A stretch of 64,000 bases of DNA, taken from assembly GCA_002721815.1 (NCBI GenBank), contig PBLQ01000021.1:65460-129459 (forward strand). Reading direction: 5' to 3'. Both the position numbers and the translations under genes were made by a program. The notes under the pieces were generated by a model that was not told where the DNA came from, did no database searches, and was given only the letters and a program-made list of their open reading frames with translations. Of this stretch, positions 1-8,647 are shown piece after piece; within the stretch, counting starts at the first letter, position 1, and every line of letters starts with the position of its first letter. The stretch is from Myxococcales bacterium. GTDB lineage: Bacteria; Myxococcota; UBA727; GCA-2721815.

Positions 1-2
1 CG

Positions 3-1154
3 GTTACGGCGTTGGGCAAAATGTTGGACGATCGTGGTGTTTCTTTGGCGTTACGCATTCGTATCCCTCGCGTGCTCGAGCGTATTGGCACGCTTGAGGC
101 AGCCAATGCTTTACTCTTTTCTAACCCAGTGGATGATGCTGAATTGCAACAACGGATCGCTCTGCGTTTGTATCGCATGAGTAAGACATTACCAGATTTT
201 CAGGTGAGTAAGGAAAGAACCGACGAGGCCATCAGCCGTCGTCTAAAATCCTTTTCTTATTACCGTTACGCCTATCAAGCCTTAAACCGTGAGAGCCATC
301 CCGATTTTTCCTTGTTGCGTCGCGCCGTCACCTATCGAACGGTGGAGAACCTAAGAATTGTATTCGAGCTGCTTTCGTTGCACCGCGAACGCCAACGCAT
401 GATGGTGATATTCAGGCAGATCGTTGATGTGCGGGCACGCACCATGGGTCGGGTTCAAGATGCTTTGGAATTATTAGATGCAGCCTTGGTGGCGGATCCC
501 TTGCGCATGGAAATCTTTGAGGCACTCGAGGAGCCAGAGCACGAAACCAAACACCTTTCCCATTACGTCGACCGTTTGTGCGCGTCTAAAGATCCAGTGA
601 TTCGTGGTATTGCTCAGCAAACAGTGATTCAAGCAGGTCCCACTTCCGGTTTTTCATCGGAGGAATTTTTCAGCATGGAAGGCGACCCTCTGATAGAAGG
701 AAACGATATGCCAGAGAACATTATTGATCGTTTGTTTATTTTGGAAAATGTGGATCTGTTCGAGAACTTAGGTCCTGATGACCTCGCGGCCATTGCGCAG
801 ATTGCCGAAGAAAAAGAATATGAAGAAGGTGCGGTTATCTATACCCAGGGACAACCCGGAGACAATATGTTTGTCATCGTACAGGGCGAGGTGGTCCTAG
901 AGCGAGATGGGCAACCCATATTTAGGTTGGGAACAGGTGAGACCATTGGGCAAGTGTCTTTATTGGACCGAGGGACCCGCCCGGTGACCGCAAAAGTAGC
1001 CTCTGGAGGAGGCGCCCAGTTTTTGGTTTTGGAGCGAAAACCCTTTATGGATTTGGTCGCTGACAGACTCGGCATGATGAATGCCCTTTTTGATCTGTTG
1101 GGTCAGCGATTCAGGCTGCTTTTGGAGCGTGAGGCCAACGAGCGAAAACAATAA
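3..1154 (+). CDS. HEAT-repeat-like / cyclic-nucleotide-binding domain protein, 5'-truncated by the window (possibly the C-terminal part of an NTP-transporter-HEAT-cNMP fusion)
   Basis: Frame open from the window edge. Helical region followed by a cNMP-binding domain (LENVDLFENL...GAVIYTQGQPGDNMFVIVQGEV...GETIGQVSLLDRGTRPVTA). Confidence 0.8.
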   Translation, partial: VTALGKMLDDRGVSLALRIRIPRVLERIGTLEAANALLFSNPVDDAELQQRIALRLYRMSKTLPDFQVSKERTDEAISRRLKSFSYYRYAYQALNRESHPDFSLLRRAVTYRTVENLRIVFELLSLHRERQRMMVIFRQIVDVRARTMGRVQDALELLDAALVADPLRMEIFEALEEPEHETKHLSHYVDRLCASKDPVIRGIAQQTVIQAGPTSGFSSEEFFSMEGDPLIEGNDMPENIIDRLFILENVDLFENLGPDDLAAIAQIAEEKEYEEGAVIYTQGQPGDNMFVIVQGEVVLERDGQPIFRLGTGETIGQVSLLDRGTRPVTAKVASGGGAQFLVLERKPFMDLVADRLGMMNALFDLLGQRFRLLLEREANERKQ

Positions 1155-1274
1155 AAAATCCGAATAAAAAAAGCAGGTTACAGCGACTTAGGCTCTTAAA
1201 GAGAATGTGCTTGCATTCATTTTGCCAATGTGGTGCCTTTAATAGAGCAGGTATTGAGGCTCAAGAGGTGCATT

Positions 1275-1916
1275 TTGGCAACTGCGCGCGAGACATTGGT
1301 AGAAGAGATTTTGGCACTGGTGGCGTCCAAGCCCGATAACATTGCCCAAGATATAGAAGACCTTCTCAAGCGCTACCGGGTCCAAACCAAACCAAGAACT
1401 GAAATCCCAGAAGGCATGACCGCTCGCGATGCGCTGGCGGATCGTCTGGTGGCCATGTGGCGACAAGGGGTACTTGGAGATGCCACACAGCTTGGTAACC
1501 TCATCGATACCTTTCGCATGCAGCACAAAAAGACGGGGGGGGGCTCCCAAAAATCTGCCCGTAAAAAGGTGCGGCCACGTGAAAGCATCATGTCTGAGCA
1601 GCTCAGTGCTGGTGAGTCGGCCCATGTGCCTGCCCCCAAACTCATCACTTCCGAGCAGACTCCGGAAGAAGGGGAGCGCTCCAGGGGGCCCATATCATCA
1701 CCCGTGGCAGGCGGCCCTCAAGTCAAAAAGAAGACCCGCAGCGAATGCCCCAAATGTCACAGCCAAGGCGTGGTATTGGCACGTTCCTACGCAGGGGACG
1801 ATTATTTTTCTTGTATCTATTGTGGTTGGCAAGGGTACAAACCGGTCGAAAAACCTGATTTCAGTGTACCGGTGGCCACCCAACTTTTGGGGCAAGAAGG
1901 CTCCGGAAACAAATAA
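1275..1916 (+). CDS. Hypothetical protein with C-terminal zinc ribbon
   Basis: CPKC-x17-CIYC motif. TTG at 1275 follows GAGGTG RBS (ORF track start 1230). Confidence 0.7.
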   Translation: MATARETLVEEILALVASKPDNIAQDIEDLLKRYRVQTKPRTEIPEGMTARDALADRLVAMWRQGVLGDATQLGNLIDTFRMQHKKTGGGSQKSARKKVRPRESIMSEQLSAGESAHVPAPKLITSEQTPEEGERSRGPISSPVAGGPQVKKKTRSECPKCHSQGVVLARSYAGDDYFSCIYCGWQGYKPVEKPDFSVPVATQLLGQEGSGNK

Positions 1917-1923
1917 CGCCTAA

Positions 1924-2015
1924 AACAATGCGACAATACGAATCAGGTTTTGATCGCATTGTCGCTTGTTGCTTTGCCGAAATAGGGGACGTCTTCACCT
2001 GACGCCTGTTTGGCA
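1924..2015. terminator. Two adjacent long hairpins between convergent genes
   Basis: GCGACAAT(1930-1937)...ATTGTCGC(1958-1965) and TGCCGAAATAGG(1975-1986)...CCTGTTTGGCA(2005-2015). Confidence 0.5.
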
Positions 2016-2022
2016 GTTTGGA

Positions 2023-5000
2023 TTACTGTACTGCAATACTCAAATCGTAGTTGTTCTCACTTTGGCTGAAGCCAATAACGCGAACATAGTATGTCTGATA
2101 ACTTTCAGGCACCGTGTACGTGAGACTTTCATCATCATCCACCGAAATGGATTCGGCCACATTGCAAAGCCCGGTTTCGTCATCGATATAGCCGGGGCAT
2201 GCTGCCGCATCATCGGTGGTGAAAAGTGCTAAATCCACATCGTCTGCATAGAGATCGGTAAAGGTGTAAAGAACGTCGATGGCGATGGTGTCGTCTGCGC
2301 TCGGATTCAGCTTATACCAGTCTGCGTCTCCGCCACAGATTTGCATGTTATTCATCTGCACCGTCCATGGGGTTTCGGCACTGAGTGACACCGCTTTGGA
2401 GGACGTGTTGTTATTTGGGGTGTTGGTGGCGTCGCTAGAGCTGGTGAAGGAGTCGAACCGGTCGTTGACGCAGCCAGATGCGGAACGGTCAGCGAACTGG
2501 ATGTCCAAGCTGTACTGGGTATCCACATCGTTACTCCAGTTGAGCACGCGAACGGCGTAGGTCCCTTGGTCGTTCAAAAAGCCTGTGATGGTTTCACTGC
2601 CACCGACCACGGGATAGACGTAAAGCAGTTCATGGTCGCCGTAGAAGTTGGCATCGGTGACCTCGTGCACCGTGAGAATAATATCGCTGTCTGCCGTCTC
2701 AGTGGTGAAGTTAATGGTCACTTGCTTGGCCTCTGTTAATTCAAAAGTGTAGTAATCAAGCCATGAATCATCCACATCGGAGCAGATGGTCATATCACTA
2801 AAAGAGGCTTGGCCGCCCGCCACATCGCTGGCTTGAATGGAGGTGCCCTCTTCAAAGGAGTCGTTGGGCTCAGCTCCGTCGTCCACACAGCCAGTGCTGG
2901 TGATGGTGGAGGTCAAGGTGTAGGTCACCCGTGTTTCATTGGCGCCTGATACGCGGAGGTAATATGTACCGGCGGTGAGGGCAGTGTAGTTGAGGGTGTT
3001 GGTGGTGCCGTTGGCAGTACCACTTTGAATGACTGCGCTGGTGGCATCTACCAATGAAAGGCTCAGGTTGTCTGCGGAACCCTCAACGGTGACGGACAGC
3101 AAATCGTCCTGAGCTAAGTTGATGCTGTAGTAGTCATCATCACCGGTGCAGCGTACGCCTTCTACGGTGCTGTTGGACAATGGCTGTGCCGTTTCGGGGT
3201 TATCATTGGGTTCGTAATCGTCTTCTACACAATCGTTCAAAGAGGCGATTAAGGTGTAATTCACATAGTCTTCGTTGACCCCATTGGTGGTCAAGGTCAC
3301 GGTGTATGTCCCGGCCACGGCGCCCCATTCTGCGTGCTCATTGTCGGTGGTAGAGTCGGCTGCCGCCACCACTTGACCGTCTGCATTTTTAATTTCGATA
3401 TTGATGTCGGCTTGTTCATGACCGAAGGTCACATCCACTGAGACCGTGCCTTGTCCATCGACGGTTAACTCAAAAGTGTCAGTGTCATCGGTGCACACCA
3501 CGCCACCGTATGGGCTACCGTCTGCAGCAATGGCCACAGGCTCGGTGATATCGTCTTCAGAACAAGGGTCTGCTGATGGTTCTGGCGTTAATGTAACGGC
3601 GATGGTGTAAGACGCGTTGGTCTCACTGGAGCTGCCGCCAAAATCGTCCAGCACGGCAATGTGATAGGTGCCAGCCGCTAAGTCCGTTAAGTTGCTAATG
3701 GGTGCGGTGGAGCCAGCGGCCATGACCTGGTGGGTGACCGCATCGCCGGAAATGGTAATGACACTGACGGCGGCATCGTCCAACTCGTTGGCAGTGAAGG
3801 TGTAGTAGTCGATGTCTGGATCGGAGGGACCGAAGTCACACAGTGAGCCGGTAACGGCTGGCGCACCGGGGGTGATGGGCATGGCCAATAAAGCAGATCC
3901 GTTGGGCTCGGTGTCCACTTGGACACAGTTTTCTGCTTGGGTGCTGTCGGCCACCACTTTCAGTTGGTAAGTGGTGTCTTCATTTAGTTTACTGGTGACC
4001 AGCAAGTAATACATACCAGTGGCTTCCAAGTCACCCACAGTGATGGGGTTGCCTTTGACCACGTTTAAGAAGGTTTGGTCGCTGGGGCATGGAACGATCT
4101 CTTCCCCTGCAGTATTAATGGGACAGCCATTGGGGCCACGCAACTCCAGCTCCACTTGAGCGGTGGTGAGCAAGGCTTGTGCGTGAAGGTTGGTGCCGGC
4201 AGTCAGACTCAGGCGGTACCAGTCATCGTCTTCGCCACAGATGGAGCCTGCTCGATTTTGACCGTCTGGTGTGATCAACGTGCCGCCCGCGGAGGTATTG
4301 TTGGCCGTATCGTCCGCATCGATGGCCACACAGCTTTCTTCGCCATTGTCGATGATGGCGGTGAGTTGATAGGGCACGTCTGTGGTAAGGTTAACGCCGG
4401 CCACTTCGATGTAGTAGTCGCCGCTCAGAGAAGTTTGGGTCAGGGATAAACCGGTGTTGCTGTTACCACCGCTGGTCACCGGCGCGTGGTTGGCAGTATC
4501 GTCCAGCAATCTCAAGGTCAGCTGCCCGGCAGCCCGGTTAAAGGTGAGATGGATTTCCGCGGCGCCTTCAGCGCTGATTTTGAAGTAATCTGAGTTGCCA
4601 GGACAAATGGTGCCTGCGTGTGTGGTACCTGAGGCCAGTGCCGGTGTGGTACTGCTCATGGCATCGTTGTTGGGCTCAGTGGCGTCAGAATCGTTGCAGC
4701 CGGGAATGCACACAGAGGTTTGCAGGTTGCAGATGCCCGATGCACAGTGACTGTTTTCGTAGCACTCCACGCAGTTGCCATGGTTGTCACAGAACTGATC
4801 GCCACAGTCGGCATCTTCGCTACAGGCGGAGCCGGCCACACAAAAGCCCCCACTGCACACACCGGTTTCACAATGGCTGGTGGTCACACATTCAACGCAT
4901 TGCCCTTTGCTCAAATCACAAAAGCCGCCCGCGCAGTCATTGTCGCTGGCACAAGGGGCACTTTCCACGCAGGTGTTGGTGTTCGCGTTACAAACCAGCC

Positions 5001-5202
5001 CATCACCGCAATCGCTGTCGATCAGACAACTCACGCATTCGTTGGTACTGATGTTACAGCGGCCAGAAGTGCAGTCGGCATCCCCTTGGCATCCCGTTTC
5101 GGCAGGGTTTTCAGCGTCATCGCTCGGGCAGCCGGTGGTGAATGCCAGACCAAGAGCCAAAGTGCAGAAAAGGGCGGTGTGCGTGAACGGTTTCAAAAAC
5201 AT
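2023..5202 (-). CDS. Large lipoprotein with N-terminal Cys-rich repeats and multiple pre-peptidase C-terminal (PPC)-like domains
   Basis: Lipobox FTTGC. Repeated CxxDxDC/CVEC units, then repeated D..EPN[ND]...IC..D.D(W/Y)Y...GTYY.RV modules. Very acidic. Confidence 0.8.
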   Translation of the reverse strand: MFLKPFTHTALFCTLALGLAFTTGCPSDDAENPAETGCQGDADCTSGRCNISTNECVSCLIDSDCGDGLVCNANTNTCVESAPCASDNDCAGGFCDLSKGQCVECVTTSHCETGVCSGGFCVAGSACSEDADCGDQFCDNHGNCVECYENSHCASGICNLQTSVCIPGCNDSDATEPNNDAMSSTTPALASGTTHAGTICPGNSDYFKISAEGAAEIHLTFNRAAGQLTLRLLDDTANHAPVTSGGNSNTGLSLTQTSLSGDYYIEVAGVNLTTDVPYQLTAIIDNGEESCVAIDADDTANNTSAGGTLITPDGQNRAGSICGEDDDWYRLSLTAGTNLHAQALLTTAQVELELRGPNGCPINTAGEEIVPCPSDQTFLNVVKGNPITVGDLEATGMYYLLVTSKLNEDTTYQLKVVADSTQAENCVQVDTEPNGSALLAMPITPGAPAVTGSLCDFGPSDPDIDYYTFTANELDDAAVSVITISGDAVTHQVMAAGSTAPISNLTDLAAGTYHIAVLDDFGGSSSETNASYTIAVTLTPEPSADPCSEDDITEPVAIAADGSPYGGVVCTDDTDTFELTVDGQGTVSVDVTFGHEQADINIEIKNADGQVVAAADSTTDNEHAEWGAVAGTYTVTLTTNGVNEDYVNYTLIASLNDCVEDDYEPNDNPETAQPLSNSTVEGVRCTGDDDYYSINLAQDDLLSVTVEGSADNLSLSLVDATSAVIQSGTANGTTNTLNYTALTAGTYYLRVSGANETRVTYTLTSTITSTGCVDDGAEPNDSFEEGTSIQASDVAGGQASFSDMTICSDVDDSWLDYYTFELTEAKQVTINFTTETADSDIILTVHEVTDANFYGDHELLYVYPVVGGSETITGFLNDQGTYAVRVLNWSNDVDTQYSLDIQFADRSASGCVNDRFDSFTSSSDATNTPNNNTSSKAVSLSAETPWTVQMNNMQICGGDADWYKLNPSADDTIAIDVLYTFTDLYADDVDLALFTTDDAAACPGYIDDETGLCNVAESISVDDDESLTYTVPESYQTYYVRVIGFSQSENNYDLSIAVQ

Positions 5203-5295
5203 GAGTTTCTCCTAAATTCTATTCCAAAAACATAACCGGTATATAGGGAAATGTAGGATTCTTCCTTATATTACACGACATATAGAGTCCAGCCA

Positions 5296-6030
5296 TTAAA
5301 TTTGGCGGGTGCATGCGGTTATAAATGCCTCATACAGGGCTTTTTGGCAGGTGTCGGGCATGGCTTCCGGATGCCATTGAACCCCTAAGTAGAAGGAATA
5401 TAAAGGATCTTCGATGGCTTCCACCACCCCATCTGGGGCTGTTGCCGAGATGATAAGATCTCGTCCAGGGGCTTTGACTGCTTGGTGGTGGGTGCTGTTC
5501 ACTCCGATTTCACTTTCACCTGTAATTTTAGCTAGTTGAGAGTCAGGAAGGATGCTGACGCTGTGGCCTGGCAAATCTTTGGTTTGCGCCTGTTGGTGCT
5601 CCAAAACCGCCTCTTTTTGGGAGGGTAAATCTTGATACAGGGTTCCGCCCCGGCTCACATTCATGAGCTGCATGCCCCCGCAAATGCCGAGAATTGGGAT
5701 CTTTCGCGCTTCGGCCCTTTGGAGCAGGGCGCCCTCTGTGTTGGTTCTTTCCGGTACGATTTTGCCCAAGTTGGGATGCGGTGCTTCCCCAAAGAGACTG
5801 GGATCGATGTCGAAATCTCCACCGGAGAGGAGCAGGCCATCCACCGTGGCCACGGCCTGATCGAGGGTGGCTTCGTCATCGCTGTAGGGGAATAACCAAG
5901 GAATTCCACCGGCGTTCAAAACGGCTTGGGCATAGTTGTCGGTGAGGGTCACAGTTTTGACTGGGCCGCGCCGGGAAGGCAGGTCTTGGCAGTCGACAGA
6001 GACCAAGATTAGGGGCTTGGGTCGGTTCAT
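5296..6030 (-). CDS. Gamma-glutamyl-gamma-aminobutyrate hydrolase family (peptidase C26, class I glutamine amidotransferase fold)
   Basis: GLLLSGGDFDIDP, GICGGMQ (nucleophile Cys), VNSTHHQAV, GVQWHPE. ATG 6030 overlaps the thiE stop (ATGA). Confidence 0.9.
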   Translation of the reverse strand: MNRPKPLILVSVDCQDLPSRRGPVKTVTLTDNYAQAVLNAGGIPWLFPYSDDEATLDQAVATVDGLLLSGGDFDIDPSLFGEAPHPNLGKIVPERTNTEGALLQRAEARKIPILGICGGMQLMNVSRGGTLYQDLPSQKEAVLEHQQAQTKDLPGHSVSILPDSQLAKITGESEIGVNSTHHQAVKAPGRDLIISATAPDGVVEAIEDPLYSFYLGVQWHPEAMPDTCQKALYEAFITACTRQI

Positions 6031-6896
6031 TGGAGGCTCCCCGCCATTTGTTGACCCAACCAAAGGGCCAGGCCAAGACAAACGGCATTGCGTCGGGTGG
6101 ACCCCTTTTGTGCCAGAGCAGAGATGGTTGCGCCATAATCTGCCCCATTTTTACCCAAATCAAAGGCCCGTCCCATGGTGGTCAGCCCGCCAATGGCCAC
6201 CAAAGGTTTCGTGATCTCTTGTCGAACGAGGGCCAGTGTCTCCAGCCCCACCGGGGTGGCGTGTCCTTTTTTGGTGGGCGACGCGAAGATGGGGCCCAGG
6301 GCCACCAAAGAGACCGCATGATTGTCGTTGGCATCTCGCGCTTGTTGCTGGGCGTGGGTGGACAGCCCAACGTGGAGGTGGGGCCAACGGTCGTGGATGC
6401 GGCTGGGAGGTGCATCTTGTTGGCCCACATGAACCCCAAAGGCCCCGATTGCCGCCGCTATTTCGGCTTGGTCATTGATGATCAGCGGGACAGAAAACTT
6501 CGATAACAGCTCTTGGAGTTGGTTGGCGATGGTGATCATGTGTGAGTGGGAACATCCTTTGGCACGCATTTGCACAAGGGCCACACCGCCTTGGCACATG
6601 TCTTTGGCGAGCCCGGTGATGTGCCCAGATGTGGTGGCTGGGGTGACATCGATGATGCCGTACAAACCTTTGCGGGCAGGATGGGAGTCGCTTGGGGGCG
6701 TGAAAAATGATGTGAGCGTCTGTTGCAGCGCATGCGGTGTTTGCCATTGGCTTTGAGGGAGTAAATTGGAAGGAAAATGGGGCCTTTCTTCACGATTAAG
6801 GAAATGGTCATGAAGCCATGCGCCCAAATCAGTCGCGTCTGGGGCGGATAACCTCAATTTTTCGGCCAAAAACAGACTCAGGTTGGGTGCATCCAT
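6027..6896 (-). CDS. thiE: Thiamine phosphate synthase with N-terminal extension
   Basis: QMRAK, IIND, GVHVGQQD, GLSTH, GPIFASPTK and VAIGG motifs. Confidence 0.85.
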   Translation of the reverse strand: MDAPNLSLFLAEKLRLSAPDATDLGAWLHDHFLNREERPHFPSNLLPQSQWQTPHALQQTLTSFFTPPSDSHPARKGLYGIIDVTPATTSGHITGLAKDMCQGGVALVQMRAKGCSHSHMITIANQLQELLSKFSVPLIINDQAEIAAAIGAFGVHVGQQDAPPSRIHDRWPHLHVGLSTHAQQQARDANDNHAVSLVALGPIFASPTKKGHATPVGLETLALVRQEITKPLVAIGGLTTMGRAFDLGKNGADYGATISALAQKGSTRRNAVCLGLALWLGQQMAGSLQ

Positions 6897-6952
6897 GCGT
6901 TTTTCCTTTTCGCAAAACTTTGTACCTCGCCCATTAAAAGTTAAAAGAGGGG

Positions 6953-8647
6953 GTGCCTATTCATTTTTTACCCAAACTTGGTTTTTTCGTTCTGCTTACA
7001 GGGGTTTTGAGTCTGTGGGGCTGTACCGCCAGTCAACAGAGCCAGCCCGCGCCCGTGGTGCCGACAAAACCGCTCACCCCCGAACAGGCATTGGTGGCTC
7101 AGGTCCCCATCCGCGGACCAGCAGATTTTGGGGTGGTATTTACCAGCGGGGTGCAGGGCAGTGTAAAACCCTGCGGATGTACCCAGAGGCCTTTGGGCGG
7201 TGTGTCTCGTTTGGCCACCGCGTTGAAGCATCTTCGCGCTCATTACGGGGACAACCTTTTGTTTTTGGATGCGGGGGACCTTCTTTTTGAAAAATCAAAG
7301 CCGAGGGCTGCGGTGGAGCAATGCCAAGACGAAGCCCGAATCGAATTACTGTTATCCACGTACAAAGATTTGGGTGTGGTTCAGACCGTACAGGGAAAAA
7401 GAGACACGGCAGCAGGGCTAGAGAAATACAAAAACTGGCTTGAAACCTTTCAAATCCACTATGCCGCAGACGCTATTGTGACCACACTGCAAAGGGTAGG
7501 CAAAAAAGAAATTGGGTTGTTGGCGTTACGCCCCGAAGGCGAATGGACCAGCCTGAAACCCAAAGTGGAACAAGCATTACACAACCTGTTACAGCAACAG
7601 ACTGATCACGTCGTTGTTTTGTCGCAACTTTCCTTGGAGAGCCTGAAGTCGATTTCATGGCCGAGCAAGGGTGTCGACGTCATTTTACAAGGGCATGACC
7701 CGGGTGAAGCACCGAAGCAGCCCGTGTCCCTTGGTGCGCAAGGGCCGTGGGTTTTGTTTAATGGGATTCAGGGTCAACACTTGGGCGTGGTGCATTTCTC
7801 TTGGCCGAACGGTGAAACCGATGAGCCACCTCAAGCGGACCTTAGTTTCTTTAACGTTGCAGCGGAGAAAAAAGTTTTGGCTATTCGCTTAGCGGGCATG
7901 GAGAAAAGACTGAAAGAAGCGACCAGCGATAAGCAGAAAATCTTCTTAAAAAAACGCATCAGTGACACTGCCTCGAAACTCCATGCTTTGGAGCATCAAA
8001 AAGCAGACCTGCCGCCCGAACCCGCCATGCGACTTTTTTCCTTTGCGCTTGTTCCAGAGATCACACCACACGAAGACGTAGAGATGGCGGTGGCCTCGTA
8101 CGAGCAGGCCATACCTGACTTGGTGGCCCAATGTGAGAAAGATGTGATCTGTGAGCCTGCAGAAGAAGGCGACGCCGTTTACGTCGGTGTACAAACGTGT
8201 GCAGCTTGTCATGATGCCGCCGTTAAACATTGGCGTCAAGCACTGCACCGTCGTTCCCCCATGGACGATACACCCGTGGGGCACTCACGGGCTTGGCTCA
8301 CTTTAGAAGAGATCAACAAAACCCGTGACCGGACCTGTGTGGGTTGTCACAGTGTGGGTTTCAATGAGCCGGGCGGGTATTGCAAAACCGATGAAGTGGG
8401 TTTTTTGGCGGATGTACAATGTGAGTCGTGCCATGGCGCTGGCAGTCTGCACAGTGTAACAGGCGATCCCAACTTTATCGATCGCGAGGTTCCAGAAAAT
8501 CATTGTCGGGGCTGTCATCATGTGCCGCACATTGAATCTTACGAATCCTTTAAATACGAAGAAAACCTCAAAATCATTTTGGGGCCAGGACACGGCGAGA
8601 AAAAGTGGCGACAGCTCATGGGCGATGCTGCTTTGACCCATGATTAA
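6953..8647 (+). CDS. Lipoprotein: UshA/5'-nucleotidase-like N-domain fused to a tetraheme c-type cytochrome (c554-like)
   Basis: Lipobox LWGC. PCGC...GGVSR and LDAGD motifs. Four CXXCH: CAACH, CVGCH, CESCH, CRGCH. Confidence 0.85.
   Translation: MPIHFLPKLGFFVLLTGVLSLWGCTASQQSQPAPVVPTKPLTPEQALVAQVPIRGPADFGVVFTSGVQGSVKPCGCTQRPLGGVSRLATALKHLRAHYGDNLLFLDAGDLLFEKSKPRAAVEQCQDEARIELLLSTYKDLGVVQTVQGKRDTAAGLEKYKNWLETFQIHYAADAIVTTLQRVGKKEIGLLALRPEGEWTSLKPKVEQALHNLLQQQTDHVVVLSQLSLESLKSISWPSKGVDVILQGHDPGEAPKQPVSLGAQGPWVLFNGIQGQHLGVVHFSWPNGETDEPPQADLSFFNVAAEKKVLAIRLAGMEKRLKEATSDKQKIFLKKRISDTASKLHALEHQKADLPPEPAMRLFSFALVPEITPHEDVEMAVASYEQAIPDLVAQCEKDVICEPAEEGDAVYVGVQTCAACHDAAVKHWRQALHRRSPMDDTPVGHSRAWLTLEEINKTRDRTCVGCHSVGFNEPGGYCKTDEVGFLADVQCESCHGAGSLHSVTGDPNFIDREVPENHCRGCHHVPHIESYESFKYEENLKIILGPGHGEKKWRQLMGDAALTHD

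Noticed and set aside
1211..1228. Sigma54-like GG-N10-GC on the minus strand
   Set aside because: It points antisense into the upstream CDS with no gene to drive, so it is probably chance.
7169..7180. Selenocysteine in the UshA-like CGU motif
   Set aside because: The codons are TGC-GGA-TGT (Cys-Gly-Cys), with no in-frame TGA.
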